64,000 bases of DNA, taken from an uncultured Moraxella sp. GTDB lineage: Bacteria > Pseudomonadota > Gammaproteobacteria > Pseudomonadales > Moraxellaceae. The position numbers were made by a program, and so were the translations under genes. The notes under the pieces are model-generated. The model was not told the origin of the DNA. It did not search any database and saw only the letters and a list, made by a program, of their open reading frames with translations. Of the stretch, positions 1 through 9,645 are shown piece after piece. How positions within the stretch are numbered: position 1 is the first letter of the stretch; each line of letters starts with the position of its first letter. The stretch spans positions 40,661 through 104,660 of the forward strand of contig CALTTC010000003.1 in the NCBI GenBank assembly GCA_943908425.1. The letters run 5' to 3'.

Positions 1-1043
1 TGACATTTGTTGGTCCACACCCTGACCACATTCGCCTAATGGGCAATAAAGTCTCCGCCATTAACGCAATGAAAACCGCTGGCGTGCCAACGGTGCCGGG
101 GTCGGTTGGCGTGGTTGACATTCATAATGCTGAAGAGCAAGCACGCAACATTGGTTTTCCGCTTATCGTCAAAGCAGCGGCAGGGGGCGGTGGACGGGGT
201 ATGCGAGTGGTTGAAACCTTTGAGCAATTATTGCCCCAAGTAACTGCCGCCAAATCTGAAGCCCTATCCGCCTTTGGTGATGATACGGTGTATATGGAGC
301 GGTTTTTAAAAAATCCCCGCCACGTTGAAGTGCAAGTTTTGGGCGATGGCGATGGCAACGCCCTGCATTTATTTGACCGTGATTGCTCCCTACAGCGTCG
401 TCATCAAAAAGTGCTAGAAGAAGCCCCTGCCCCTGATATTCCTGATGATGTGCGTAGCCCAATTTTGGCAGCGTGTGTGCGAGCGTGCGAGCAAATTGGC
501 TATCGGGGGGCAGGCACGTTTGAGTTTTTGTATGAAGATGGGCAATTTTTCTTTATTGAAATGAACACTCGTGTCCAAGTAGAGCACCCTGTTACCGAGA
601 TGATTACTGGCATTGATATTGTGGTAGAACAATTAAAAATCGCCGCAGGCTACGGCTTATCTTACCATCAAGATGAAATTGCCATTCGTGGACACGCCAT
701 TGAATGCCGTATCAATGCCGAAGACCCAAAAACCTTTATGCCCTCACCTGGCACCATCACACGGCTATTCACCCCAAGCGGTTCAGGGGTGCGATTTGAC
801 AGCCATTTGTACACAGGCTACACCATTCCAAGTTATTATGATTCGCTCATTGGCAAGCTTATTTGCCACGCTCAAACACGTAGACAAGCCATCGCCAAGG
901 CTGTCCACGCCCTAGACGAGCTTATCATTGAAGGCATAAAAACCAATATTCCTTTGCACCGTGATGTGATTTTATCCGATGATGATTTTAATGAAGAAGC
1001 ACAAAATATTCATTATTTGGAGAGTTTTTTGTTGAAGCGATAA
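1..1043 (+). CDS. accC: Biotin carboxylase (acetyl-CoA carboxylase subunit AccC). The 5' end lies outside the window; the frame is open from position 3.
   Basis: Translation contains [24 protein letters not shown] and [14 protein letters not shown], all hallmark AccC ATP-grasp motifs. The ORF is open to the window edge. Confidence 0.9.
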   Translation, partial: TFVGPHPDHIRLMGNKVSAINAMKTAGVPTVPGSVGVVDIHNAEEQARNIGFPLIVKAAAGGGGRGMRVVETFEQLLPQVTAAKSEALSAFGDDTVYMERFLKNPRHVEVQVLGDGDGNALHLFDRDCSLQRRHQKVLEEAPAPDIPDDVRSPILAACVRACEQIGYRGAGTFEFLYEDGQFFFIEMNTRVQVEHPVTEMITGIDIVVEQLKIAAGYGLSYHQDEIAIRGHAIECRINAEDPKTFMPSPGTITRLFTPSGSGVRFDSHLYTGYTIPSYYDSLIGKLICHAQTRRQAIAKAVHALDELIIEGIKTNIPLHRDVILSDDDFNEEAQNIHYLESFLLKR

Positions 1044-1237
1044 CACTTAATAACATTAAGGCGATTTTCCCAGTAAATCAAAGCGGTATATTTATCAAAT
1101 AAATACACCAATCCTATAGATACCGCTGTTGCTAGGCAAGTAAATTCATCATCAAAAAAAACAGCTTGATTAGGTCAGGGTTTGTTTATCCAACAAAACA
1201 TCATTGACACATTTTAGCAAAACAACTCATCAACCCA

Positions 1238-2752
1238 CTATGCCGACGTCATATCCACCGATGTTCCCACCACTGTAACACCGCAAGCACGCTTAGCTTC
1301 GTGGCGAGCATTTTCAAGGGCGGTCAAATACTGCTCATCAATATCCCCTGAGATATAATTGCCATCAAAAACAGAACAATCAAAACCATCTACCTTAGAA
1401 TGCTTGGTATCTGAAACTGCCTCAACCAAATCCTCTAAATCTTGAAATATCAAGCGGTCTGCCCCAATGATTTGACGCACCTCCTCCACCTCACGATTGT
1501 GGCTGATAAGCTCGCCCCGTGTTGGCATATCAATGCCATAGACGTTGGGGTAGCGTACAGGGGGAGCGGCACTGGCAAAAAAGACGTTTTTTGCTCCCGC
1601 ATCTCTTGCCATCTGGATAATCTCTTGACAGGTTGTGCCACGCACAATAGAATCATCAACCAACAGCACATTCTTGCCTTTAAATTCAAGTGGCACAGCG
1701 TTTAATTTTTGTCGCACACTTTTTTTACGCAAAGCTTGCCCTGGCATAATAAATGTCCGCCCAATGTAGCGATTTTTATTAAATCCTTCACGGTATTTGA
1801 CATTTAGCTTGGCAGCAAGCTCCAGTGCCGATGTACGCGATGTATCAGGAATGGGAATGACCACGTCAATGCCGTGATTATCGCCCCACGTTGCCAAGAT
1901 ATTTTGGGCAAGTTTTTCGCCCATACGCATTCTGGCACGATACACCGATATGTTATCAATGATGGCATCGGGGCGCGCAAAATACACATATTCAAAAATA
2001 CACGGGGTGTACTTGGCATTTTCTACACAGCGATGGCTATAAAATTGATGATTTAAATCAATAAAAATCGCCTCACCTGGGGCAATATCTCGCACCACTG
2101 TAAATCCAAGCGATGTTAGAGCAATCGATTCTGACGCCACCATATATTCCACGCCTTTATCAGTTTGTCTTGTGCCATAGATAAGTGGGCGGATACCATT
2201 TGGATCACGAAACGCTAGCAGTCCGTGTCCTGTAATCATCGCCACAACACCATATGCCCCTTGGCATCTGCGATACACCGCCTGTAAGGCAGAAAAAATC
2301 TCATCAGGGGACAGCTTGCCGTGAGAATAACCTTGTAATTCGTGAGCAAAAATATTTAATAACACTTCAGAGTCTGAGTCGGTATTTAAATGACGGCGAT
2401 CGTCTTCATACAGCTCTTTGGCAAGCGTTTTGGCATTGGTCAGATTACCATTATGCGCAATGGCAATGCCATAAGGCGAATTAACATATAAAGGCTGAGC
2501 TTCGGCAGTGCTTGACGTGCCAGCGGTAGGATAGCGGACGTGTCCAATGCCCATATTCCCCACCAAATTTAGCATATGGTGATTTAAAAAGACATCACGC
2601 ACCATACCATTGTCTTTACGCAAAAAAAATCTGCCGTTTTGCAAGGTAACAATTCCTGCAGCATCTTGTCCACGGTGCTGTAAAATCGTCAAACCATCAT
2701 AAAGCATTTGATTGACGTTTTCAAACGCTGCAATACCCACCACACCACACAT
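1238..2752 (-). CDS. purF: Amidophosphoribosyltransferase. The true start is probably the Met preceding the catalytic Cys (MCGVVGI), not the first ATG of the ORF at 2815.
   Basis: The MCGVVG N-terminal nucleophile, a glutamine amidotransferase class-II domain and a PRTase domain ([13 protein letters not shown]). Classic cvpA-purF gene order. Confidence 0.9.
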   Translation of the reverse strand: MCGVVGIAAFENVNQMLYDGLTILQHRGQDAAGIVTLQNGRFFLRKDNGMVRDVFLNHHMLNLVGNMGIGHVRYPTAGTSSTAEAQPLYVNSPYGIAIAHNGNLTNAKTLAKELYEDDRRHLNTDSDSEVLLNIFAHELQGYSHGKLSPDEIFSALQAVYRRCQGAYGVVAMITGHGLLAFRDPNGIRPLIYGTRQTDKGVEYMVASESIALTSLGFTVVRDIAPGEAIFIDLNHQFYSHRCVENAKYTPCIFEYVYFARPDAIIDNISVYRARMRMGEKLAQNILATWGDNHGIDVVIPIPDTSRTSALELAAKLNVKYREGFNKNRYIGRTFIMPGQALRKKSVRQKLNAVPLEFKGKNVLLVDDSIVRGTTCQEIIQMARDAGAKNVFFASAAPPVRYPNVYGIDMPTRGELISHNREVEEVRQIIGADRLIFQDLEDLVEAVSDTKHSKVDGFDCSVFDGNYISGDIDEQYLTALENARHEAKRACGVTVVGTSVDMTSA

Positions 2753-2846
2753 AAAACCCCCAAAATTCGGTAAAACCGCCACTATAATAGCAGTATTTAT
2801 AAGCTTTTCAAGCAAAAATTATCAAAAAAAGCACTTAGTTTTAACA

Positions 2847-3344
2847 TCAAGGCTCATCAAGCACTTGCCATACCTCACCTGCACTTTTGGCAAGTAAAGT
2901 TTTTGCCATTGGCGCAAGGGGTAGCAGGTTCTGGGCAAGCAATGAACGCTCCCAAACAGCAAAATGGCTCAAAATAGGTGCGGTAAGCGACAGCACCACA
3001 AGCACCTTCAATAAACCCACGCCCGCCCCCAATACACCACCAGCGATTTTGTCTAATAAATCCAGTTTTAAGGCTTTTAGTGCCTTACTAGAGACATAAA
3101 CCAACAACTGCAAAAACACGAGCACCAATAAAAATACCAATAAAAACGCCAACGCCAGCTGTAGCACCGGATTATCAGTCACGCTTGCTACTAGCGGTTG
3201 GGCACTGTGCGCCATTTTACTTGCCGTCACTAAGGCAATCAGCCACGACAAAAGCGCCAGTGCGGTTTTCATCGCCCCAGCACGAAAGCCCCGCCATAGC
3301 GACCCAAGCACCACTAGCGCAATGATAATATCTAAAATACTCAA
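2847..3344 (-). CDS. cvpA: Colicin V production / membrane protein CvpA
   Basis: A 165-aa polytopic membrane protein lying immediately upstream of purF, as in the enterobacterial cvpA-purF operon. Confidence 0.75.
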   Translation of the reverse strand: MSILDIIIALVVLGSLWRGFRAGAMKTALALLSWLIALVTASKMAHSAQPLVASVTDNPVLQLALAFLLVFLLVLVFLQLLVYVSSKALKALKLDLLDKIAGGVLGAGVGLLKVLVVLSLTAPILSHFAVWERSLLAQNLLPLAPMAKTLLAKSAGEVWQVLDEP

Positions 3345-3378
3345 AGTTTTCGCCCCTTATATTTAGGCTTATCCGCTA

Positions 3379-4410
3379 TTATTGCAAGGCGTCTAAATAA
3401 TTACCGACCGCGTTCACACACTCATCAATAAGCCCCGCCCCACGATAGACAAGCCCTGAATACAGCTGAATAGCACTTGCTCCTGCCTGCATTTTTTGTA
3501 CCGCGGCTTTACCCGTATCAATACCCCCAACACCCAATAAATCCACCTTACCAGCCAAACGGTCGTGAAATTTTTGCAATACTTCAGTGCTCTGATACTG
3601 CACAGGTCGCCCTGATAAGCCACCTGCCTCAGTCGCCTGCGGATAGTTTTCCACCCCTGTGCGCGCAAGGGTCGTATTGGTCGCAATCAGCCCATCAATA
3701 TCAAAGGCAAGCACGTTTTTGGCAATTTCGTCAATTTGGTCATCGTCCAAATCTGGGGCGATTTTTAGGGCAATGGGCACATAAAACCCGTAGCTTGTCG
3801 CAAGACGGCTATGGCAATTTTTAACGCCTGACAACAAATGGGCAAGGGCATCACCGCTTTGTAAATCACGCAAATTTTTGGTATTGGGGCTTGAGATATT
3901 GACCGTAATATAACTAGCATAGGGATAGACGCGCTCTAGGCAGTAAATATAGTCATCCAAGGCATTTTCAACAGGCGTTGTGGCATTTTTACCAATGTTA
4001 ATACCCAATACGCCTTTAAATTTGGCGCGCTTGATATTGTGAATAAGGGCGTTCACCCCTGCATTATTAAAGCCCATACGATTGATAATCGCGCCTGCTT
4101 TCGTTAGGCGAAACAAGCGTGGTTTATCGTTACCGGCTTGTGGTTTAGGGGTGATAGTACCCACTTCAATAAACCCAAAGCCCAAATTTGCAAGGGCGTC
4201 AATATATGCCCCATTTTTGTCAAGCCCTGCAGCAAGCCCGACAGGATTGGGCAAATGCACCCCCATACAGGAGACTGGCAAATCTATATTGCTATGCGTA
4301 AGCCCCAGTAGCCCCACTTTATTGGCAGTGGACAAAAGACGTAAAGTAACCTCGTGGGCGTGCTCTGGCTCAAGCAAAAATAAAGCCGGACGTAAAAGCG
4401 CATAGGACAT
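3379..4410 (-). CDS. pyrD: Dihydroorotate dehydrogenase (quinone), class 2
   Basis: N-terminal membrane-association helix, then [43 protein letters not shown], which matches PyrD closely. Confidence 0.9.
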   Translation of the reverse strand: MSYALLRPALFLLEPEHAHEVTLRLLSTANKVGLLGLTHSNIDLPVSCMGVHLPNPVGLAAGLDKNGAYIDALANLGFGFIEVGTITPKPQAGNDKPRLFRLTKAGAIINRMGFNNAGVNALIHNIKRAKFKGVLGINIGKNATTPVENALDDYIYCLERVYPYASYITVNISSPNTKNLRDLQSGDALAHLLSGVKNCHSRLATSYGFYVPIALKIAPDLDDDQIDEIAKNVLAFDIDGLIATNTTLARTGVENYPQATEAGGLSGRPVQYQSTEVLQKFHDRLAGKVDLLGVGGIDTGKAAVQKMQAGASAIQLYSGLVYRGAGLIDECVNAVGNYLDALQ

Positions 4411-4458
4411 GGATTCACCCCTAAAAATAACCAGTAAAAACTAAGTAGCCACTATATG

Positions 4459-4935
4459 CTAAGGCGCAAAGCTCGTCACAAAGCTCATCTCACCAAGTAG
4501 TGGCGCACCATCTAGCACCCTTGCTTCAGCCAGCGCAAAGGCTTGGGGCGGCTCATCGGTCAAGAGCGCCACCATCTTCGCGATAATATTCATATGACAG
4601 ACAACGACTACCACGCCATCATTGGCAAGCACCTCTTCGTCCATCATTGCCACAATCGCCTGTATGCCCCGCTTGGCATCATCTTCTGGCGTAATCGCCA
4701 TACAACTATCTGGCAACTCACGTTTGCCTAGTGCCTGCCCGATAAGTGTCGCTGTCTGCTGGGCGCGCTTATAAGGGCTAGCAATTAGCTGTGTTGCCAC
4801 ATCTTCTTGCAAAAACTGCGTCAGCCACTGCCCTGTTGCCATCGCCTGCGATTGCCCCAATGCCGATAATTGACGCTCGCTATCAGGCAACGTATATGCC
4901 CCTGCATCACCGTGGCGAATAAAAATTAGTTTCAT
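4459..4935 (-). CDS. sixA: Phosphohistidine phosphatase SixA
   Basis: MKLIFIRHGDAG carries the RHG catalytic motif of the histidine-phosphatase superfamily. At 158 aa it is SixA-sized. Confidence 0.75.
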   Translation of the reverse strand: MKLIFIRHGDAGAYTLPDSERQLSALGQSQAMATGQWLTQFLQEDVATQLIASPYKRAQQTATLIGQALGKRELPDSCMAITPEDDAKRGIQAIVAMMDEEVLANDGVVVVVCHMNIIAKMVALLTDEPPQAFALAEARVLDGAPLLGEMSFVTSFAP

Positions 4936-5122
4936 TACATTTTCCTAATTAAATTTACGCTATATCACATTTACGCTATTTTACCGCAAATTAGCCATCA
5001 TTTCATACCATATCCCAAAAACCACCAGCAAGCTTGCTTTTGGCTTGGCAATCCCACCCAAATAACTGACAAATCACTTTGTTTATTTAATCGTATAAAA
5101 GCGCTTGCGTTTTTGCGTAAGA

Positions 5123-5539
5123 TTATTCTACTCGCTGTCCTTGTTTGTTGATATAAAAACCCACACCATCTTTTTCAACCCAAGCCAGCCCATTAACGAA
5201 ACTGCCAGCATCCTCAAAGTGCAAAGGGATGACAATTTTTCCGGCTTTATTGATATAGCCCACCTCATCGCCATTGCCCACCACCGCTAGACCTTCACTA
5301 AAGCCCCATCCCCAGCCAAATCGTAGCGGTATGATCATTTGACCAGCTTCGTCGATAAAGCCAACTTTGCCGTTTTTGCCAACGATGGCTAGACCTTCTT
5401 GTAGACAGCTTACATAATCATAACCACTTACTTGTACTTGTGGTGCTACACAGTCATCCGCCCAAGCTATATTCGTAAGCATTGTTAATGCTAACATTGC
5501 CTTTACAATTGTTGGCATTGCCTTTTTCACTACTTTCAC
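5123..5539 (-). CDS. WG-repeat (KWG-like) secreted/lipoprotein, function unknown
   Basis: Signal peptide, then repeated G(K/N)xGxIDxxGxxVIPLxF...WG units. Confidence 0.6.
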   Translation of the reverse strand: MKVVKKAMPTIVKAMLALTMLTNIAWADDCVAPQVQVSGYDYVSCLQEGLAIVGKNGKVGFIDEAGQMIIPLRFGWGWGFSEGLAVVGNGDEVGYINKAGKIVIPLHFEDAGSFVNGLAWVEKDGVGFYINKQGQRVE

Positions 5540-5699
5540 TCTTTATCCTTATCAATCCAAAATGATGATATTGGCAAATGTATAAAATCCCATCACCACA
5601 CAAACCGCCCAACGACTATTGGTTTTGATGGATTGGTTTTAGTCCAATTACCCTTTCGCTTATTTTAAAGCATATATTGTCTTAAGCTAATTATTTGTA

Positions 5700-6956
5700 T
5701 TACACTTCTTGTATCACCTTTGACAATTTATCATTGGCAATATCGTGGGGCATCACAAATTCCACATCGCTTCTAAAGCCTGTTTCCATCAAATTTAGTG
5801 CCACCCCAAGCGTTGCCTTGTCTTCAAAAATCACAGCGTGCAAGGCGTGGGTGATGGGCATATAAATACCCAGCTCTTTGGCACGTTCGTGGACTTGGGC
5901 AATGGTATTGACCCCTTCGGCGGTTTGCCCCAGTTTTTTGATGGCATTATCAAGGCTTACACCCTTGCCCAACATATGTCCAATACGATAATTACGACTT
6001 AACGTAGACGAACAAGTGGCATACAGATCCCCCACCCCTGACAAGCCCAAAAAGGTCAAAGGATTTGCCCCCATTGCCACCCCAAATCGGCTCATCTCCG
6101 CCAAGGCTCGTGTCAGTAGCATTGCCTTGGTGTTTTCACCAACTTTATAGCCTTCTGCCATACCCATTGCAATGGCATAGATGTTTTTTAATGCCCCGCC
6201 AAGCTCCACACCCTTGATGTCATCGCTTGCAAATACCCGAAAAAAACCACTGTGCAAGGCGGTCTGAACAGCATGACGCAGTGGCTCACTATCGCTTGCA
6301 ATCACGGTAGCGGACGGCATATTATCCATAATTTCAAGGGCAAGGTTTGGCCCGCTCATCACCCCAAAATTGACTTGGGGCAAGGTCTCTTGAATCACAT
6401 CGCTCATCAAGGCAAAGCTGTTTTTTTCCATTCCTTTGGTCAAAGAAACCACCGCTTGGGCGGTTATCATTGGGGCAATGGTGGTCAAAATCTCACGCAC
6501 CGCCGAGCTTGGCGTTGCCACAAAAATAATGTCTTTATCTTTTACCGCTGTTTTTAAATCATAGCTAAATTTTAGGCGGTCATCCAAGCGATGATTGGGC
6601 AAGTATTTTTTGTTAATCCGCCCTTTTTGCATTGCCCGAACCGCACGGCGGTCTCGTACCCAAAGCGTGGTATCACAGCCATTTTTGGCAGCCAAATTCG
6701 CCATCGCCGTCCCAAAACTGCCCCCACCCAAAAACACCAAACGCAAATTTGCTTTATCGGCGGTATTGATACTCACCCCAAGCGTCTGTGGGTCAATGGG
6801 GTTTTTTGCTTTTTTAAAGCCTGCAAGCCCTATGATATTGTCCAAAATACCGCCATCTTCTGTCAATTCACTGACCGCTTGTTTGCCTGTTGTGGCAATT
6901 TTGGTGATTTTTTGCACTTGCAATTTGGCTTTATCACCCATTTTTGTCAAACTCAT
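5700..6956 (-). CDS. gpsA: Glycerol-3-phosphate dehydrogenase [NAD(P)+] with an N-terminal extension of about 70 aa
   Basis: LRLVFLGGGSFGTAMANLAAKNG Rossmann motif and a conserved GpsA core. No alternative Met exists between residue 6 and the Rossmann fold, so the extension appears genuine. Confidence 0.85.
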   Translation of the reverse strand: MSLTKMGDKAKLQVQKITKIATTGKQAVSELTEDGGILDNIIGLAGFKKAKNPIDPQTLGVSINTADKANLRLVFLGGGSFGTAMANLAAKNGCDTTLWVRDRRAVRAMQKGRINKKYLPNHRLDDRLKFSYDLKTAVKDKDIIFVATPSSAVREILTTIAPMITAQAVVSLTKGMEKNSFALMSDVIQETLPQVNFGVMSGPNLALEIMDNMPSATVIASDSEPLRHAVQTALHSGFFRVFASDDIKGVELGGALKNIYAIAMGMAEGYKVGENTKAMLLTRALAEMSRFGVAMGANPLTFLGLSGVGDLYATCSSTLSRNYRIGHMLGKGVSLDNAIKKLGQTAEGVNTIAQVHERAKELGIYMPITHALHAVIFEDKATLGVALNLMETGFRSDVEFVMPHDIANDKLSKVIQEV

Positions 6957-7250
6957 TTTGAAGCCCTATGTCTTGGTTGTATTGATTTCATCAAAGGCTG
7001 ATAAAAGTTTAAACCTTGTCACGATACCAACATTTCATCATTTAAATAGCAAATTGCGTGGCAAATTCATAGCCAATCGCAACCTATAATCACAGTTCAA
7101 TTTAAGCCACTGCTTTTCATTTGTTTAATCTCATTTATTAAATTTTTAAATCTCATTTGTTCAATTTAAGCCATCAAATCTAAGTCATAAACCTAAGCCA
7201 TCAAATCTAAGCAACTAGCCCTAAGCGTCAGCCCCAATTATTTTAGCGGT

Positions 7251-7826
7251 TTAATCCAATTGGTATTGCACAAATTGACCAACATCAATCGGCTTACGCT
7301 TAGGCAATACCACACCGCTTGTACCCACATAAATAAACCCAACAATCATATTGGGGGCTTTAACGCCAAAAAAGTCTTGTATCATAGGGTGATTTGCCAG
7401 AAGCCCTGTCCGCCAAACGCTACGATAACCAAGGCTTTCTAGCCCCAGCAAAAAATTTTGCACACACGCCCCAAGGGCAAGCAACTGCTCAAATTCTGGT
7501 ACTTTTTTATGCACCTTAAAATCGCTAATCACCGCCACAATCATTGGGGCACGTTTGGGCATCAGTCTTAATTTTTCACGGTCTTTGGCGGATAATTTTT
7601 CGCCTTGTGTTTTGGCGTTTTGCTTGCCTGCCCGCTCTAATGCCTGCCCAAAACTGCCCAAACCGCCACCTGTGAGTACCACGAACCGCCAAGGATTTAG
7701 CTGTTTATGGTCAGGGGCGGTCATTGCCAAGGCAAATAATTCGTTCAGCTCATTTTTGGACGGCACAGGCGTGGTCAAGTTACCAATAGAACGGCGATTT
7801 TTTATGGTTTCAAATAGCTTGTTCAT
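7251..7826 (-). CDS. Nitroreductase-family NAD(P)H oxidoreductase (YdjA-like)
   Basis: 191 aa. ETIKNRRSIG..F....P and the nitroreductase fold signature. Confidence 0.7.
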   Translation of the reverse strand: MNKLFETIKNRRSIGNLTTPVPSKNELNELFALAMTAPDHKQLNPWRFVVLTGGGLGSFGQALERAGKQNAKTQGEKLSAKDREKLRLMPKRAPMIVAVISDFKVHKKVPEFEQLLALGACVQNFLLGLESLGYRSVWRTGLLANHPMIQDFFGVKAPNMIVGFIYVGTSGVVLPKRKPIDVGQFVQYQLD

Positions 7827-7870
7827 TAATTCATCCTTAACACTTCAACCAATCCAAATACTTAAAATTT

Positions 7871-9106
7871 TTAAAATAATGTTTGTTGCTTATTTGCGAT
7901 TATGGATTTTTCAACCAATTGCAATCTTAGCTTAGCTATATTATCAATAGTACCTTCATAACCATTTTCTAGCAATGTTTGAATAGCTTCTGGGTTATTT
8001 TTTATGGGTTCAGGAGATTGACAGAGTAAAAACCTTCTATTTGCACCATCTTCTTGATTGCACTCAATAACCGCTTGAGCAGTTGTTCCACTACCTGCAA
8101 AAAAATCCATAACAATATCATGCCCATCAGTACACAGCTTAATAAAATATTTAATCATCTGAGTAGGCTTTGCTGTTTTAAACATATGACCCAATCCTAA
8201 TTTTTCTAAATCGTGTTTGCCTTGGCGAGAATAAAAGTTTAAAATGCTCATCGCATTATCCTTGCTATCAATCAATAAATGCTTCTCGTAAGGTCTGTTG
8301 TTTTTAAATATTAACTTATTATCGTGATATAGCTTAATAAATTTTTCTTTTGACGACCAACCACGAGTTTTTAAAGCAGGCAAAAATAGACTAATTTCTG
8401 GAATTTCCAGTGTGTGCGGTTTTGATGGTATAGATAAGTCTTTAGCAAAACAAATATTACCGCATTCATCAACGACAGAATAATTTTTCAACCAACTCAA
8501 TTCTTCATTGCCATCATATTCCTTGAGTTTGTTTTTTAAGAAAAGATTAACATCATCTAAATTATTGCTTTTTAAAAACTCATTTTTAATATCTTGACAT
8601 AAAGATAAAATTATTTGGCGATAATTTGGCATATCAACACGCTTTACACTAAAACTTGGGCATTGCTTTTTGTTCTTAGCATAAACAACAACATATTCGT
8701 GAATTATATTAATATGTTTAGCATTACTTTTAGTCGCCTGCTTTGTAATAAACATACCCAAAAAATTTTTTTTTCCGAAAATACTATCACCAATAATCCT
8801 TAAATCAACCATTTTATTATCATCAATAGAAATAAAAATCACCCCATCATCAGATAGCTTATGCTTTGATTGTTCCAATAAATTTTTTATAAAAAGATCC
8901 CAATTTTCAATATCGTCATTATATTCAAAATTTTTGGATTTGGTGTTATACGGTGGATCTATATATATCATTTTAATTGTATTATTTTTTACAAGTGGCA
9001 AAAAATTCTCAGCATTCATACTATATATTTGATTGTATTGCATCTTTCCACCAATCTTGATTACCATATTTTGCAATAAGTAAATTTTGTGTTTCTTGAT
9101 ATCCAA
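7871..9106 (-). CDS. Site-specific DNA methyltransferase (N6-adenine or N4-cytosine), beta class. It has DPPY before FxGxG and is probably Type II. The likely start is an internal Met near 9043 or 9019, giving little or no overlap with the upstream gene.
   Basis: Motif IV IYIDPPYNT near the N-terminus and motif I VMDFFAGSGTT near the C-terminus with about 290 aa between them (TRD). This is the permuted beta-class architecture. GC is about 28%. Confidence 0.8.
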   Translation of the reverse strand: MDIKKHKIYLLQNMVIKIGGKMQYNQIYSMNAENFLPLVKNNTIKMIYIDPPYNTKSKNFEYNDDIENWDLFIKNLLEQSKHKLSDDGVIFISIDDNKMVDLRIIGDSIFGKKNFLGMFITKQATKSNAKHINIIHEYVVVYAKNKKQCPSFSVKRVDMPNYRQIILSLCQDIKNEFLKSNNLDDVNLFLKNKLKEYDGNEELSWLKNYSVVDECGNICFAKDLSIPSKPHTLEIPEISLFLPALKTRGWSSKEKFIKLYHDNKLIFKNNRPYEKHLLIDSKDNAMSILNFYSRQGKHDLEKLGLGHMFKTAKPTQMIKYFIKLCTDGHDIVMDFFAGSGTTAQAVIECNQEDGANRRFLLCQSPEPIKNNPEAIQTLLENGYEGTIDNIAKLRLQLVEKSIIANKQQTLF

Positions 9107-9644
9107 TCACTGGCATAATAGCAAAACCATACTTAACAACCAAATCCTTTAATGAAATATTTTGAGTTGAACGACTGTTTGGCTTTCTCGTCAAAATACG
9201 ATTAAGTAAATAATCGCCGATATCAGGATTTTGACCATAAACAATAAATTTCAGCTCAGATAATCCTTGCCAAACACCTACTGCCAAGAACATTTTTTCA
9301 TCCATAAAGGCTTGAGCTTTCTCCTCATTGGTATCATTAAAAGTTGCACCCCAACTATTTGCTGATAGCGATACCTGTTTCACCTCTAAATATATGTCTT
9401 GGGTTGTAGATTTTTTGGCATCAAAACCGTGTTTTTTTGTATTAATTAATTCAAAATTCAAATAACTTGCAATCAGACTGTCTTTATATTCATTAAAAAA
9501 AGTATCATTATCTAATTTTTTATACTTTATTTGTATTTTCATTAAAGGATTAATTGCCGACGTTGTTTCTACCAAAAATTTACGATTAATTGGCTCAAAG
9601 CATCCTTTTTTAAAAATAGCCAAATCTTGATTTTTAAATGCCAT
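9021..9644 (-). CDS. Candidate Type II restriction endonuclease, cognate to the downstream methyltransferase. The ORF-track start at 9725 lies inside zapE; the Met at 9644 (MAFKNQ...) directly follows the zapE stop.
   Basis: About 207 aa, AT-rich, co-oriented with and 3'-adjacent to the MTase. It contains a PD-(D/E)xK-like arrangement (FDAKK...DIYLEVKQ). No recognisable housekeeping homology. Confidence 0.45.
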   Translation of the reverse strand: MAFKNQDLAIFKKGCFEPINRKFLVETTSAINPLMKIQIKYKKLDNDTFFNEYKDSLIASYLNFELINTKKHGFDAKKSTTQDIYLEVKQVSLSANSWGATFNDTNEEKAQAFMDEKMFLAVGVWQGLSELKFIVYGQNPDIGDYLLNRILTRKPNSRSTQNISLKDLVVKYGFAIMPVIGYQETQNLLIAKYGNQDWWKDAIQSNI

Positions 9645-9645
9645 A

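Noticed and set aside
2753-2815. N-terminal 21 codons of the purF ORF ([21 protein letters not shown])
   Set aside because: PurF requires an N-terminal Cys after Met removal. The internal MCGVVG is the functional start, so the upstream codons are unlikely to be translated.
6595-7089. 164-aa and 136-aa plus-strand ORFs antisense to gpsA
   Set aside because: They lie entirely within and antisense to a well-supported conserved gene. Their composition is low complexity and basic, typical of shadow ORFs.
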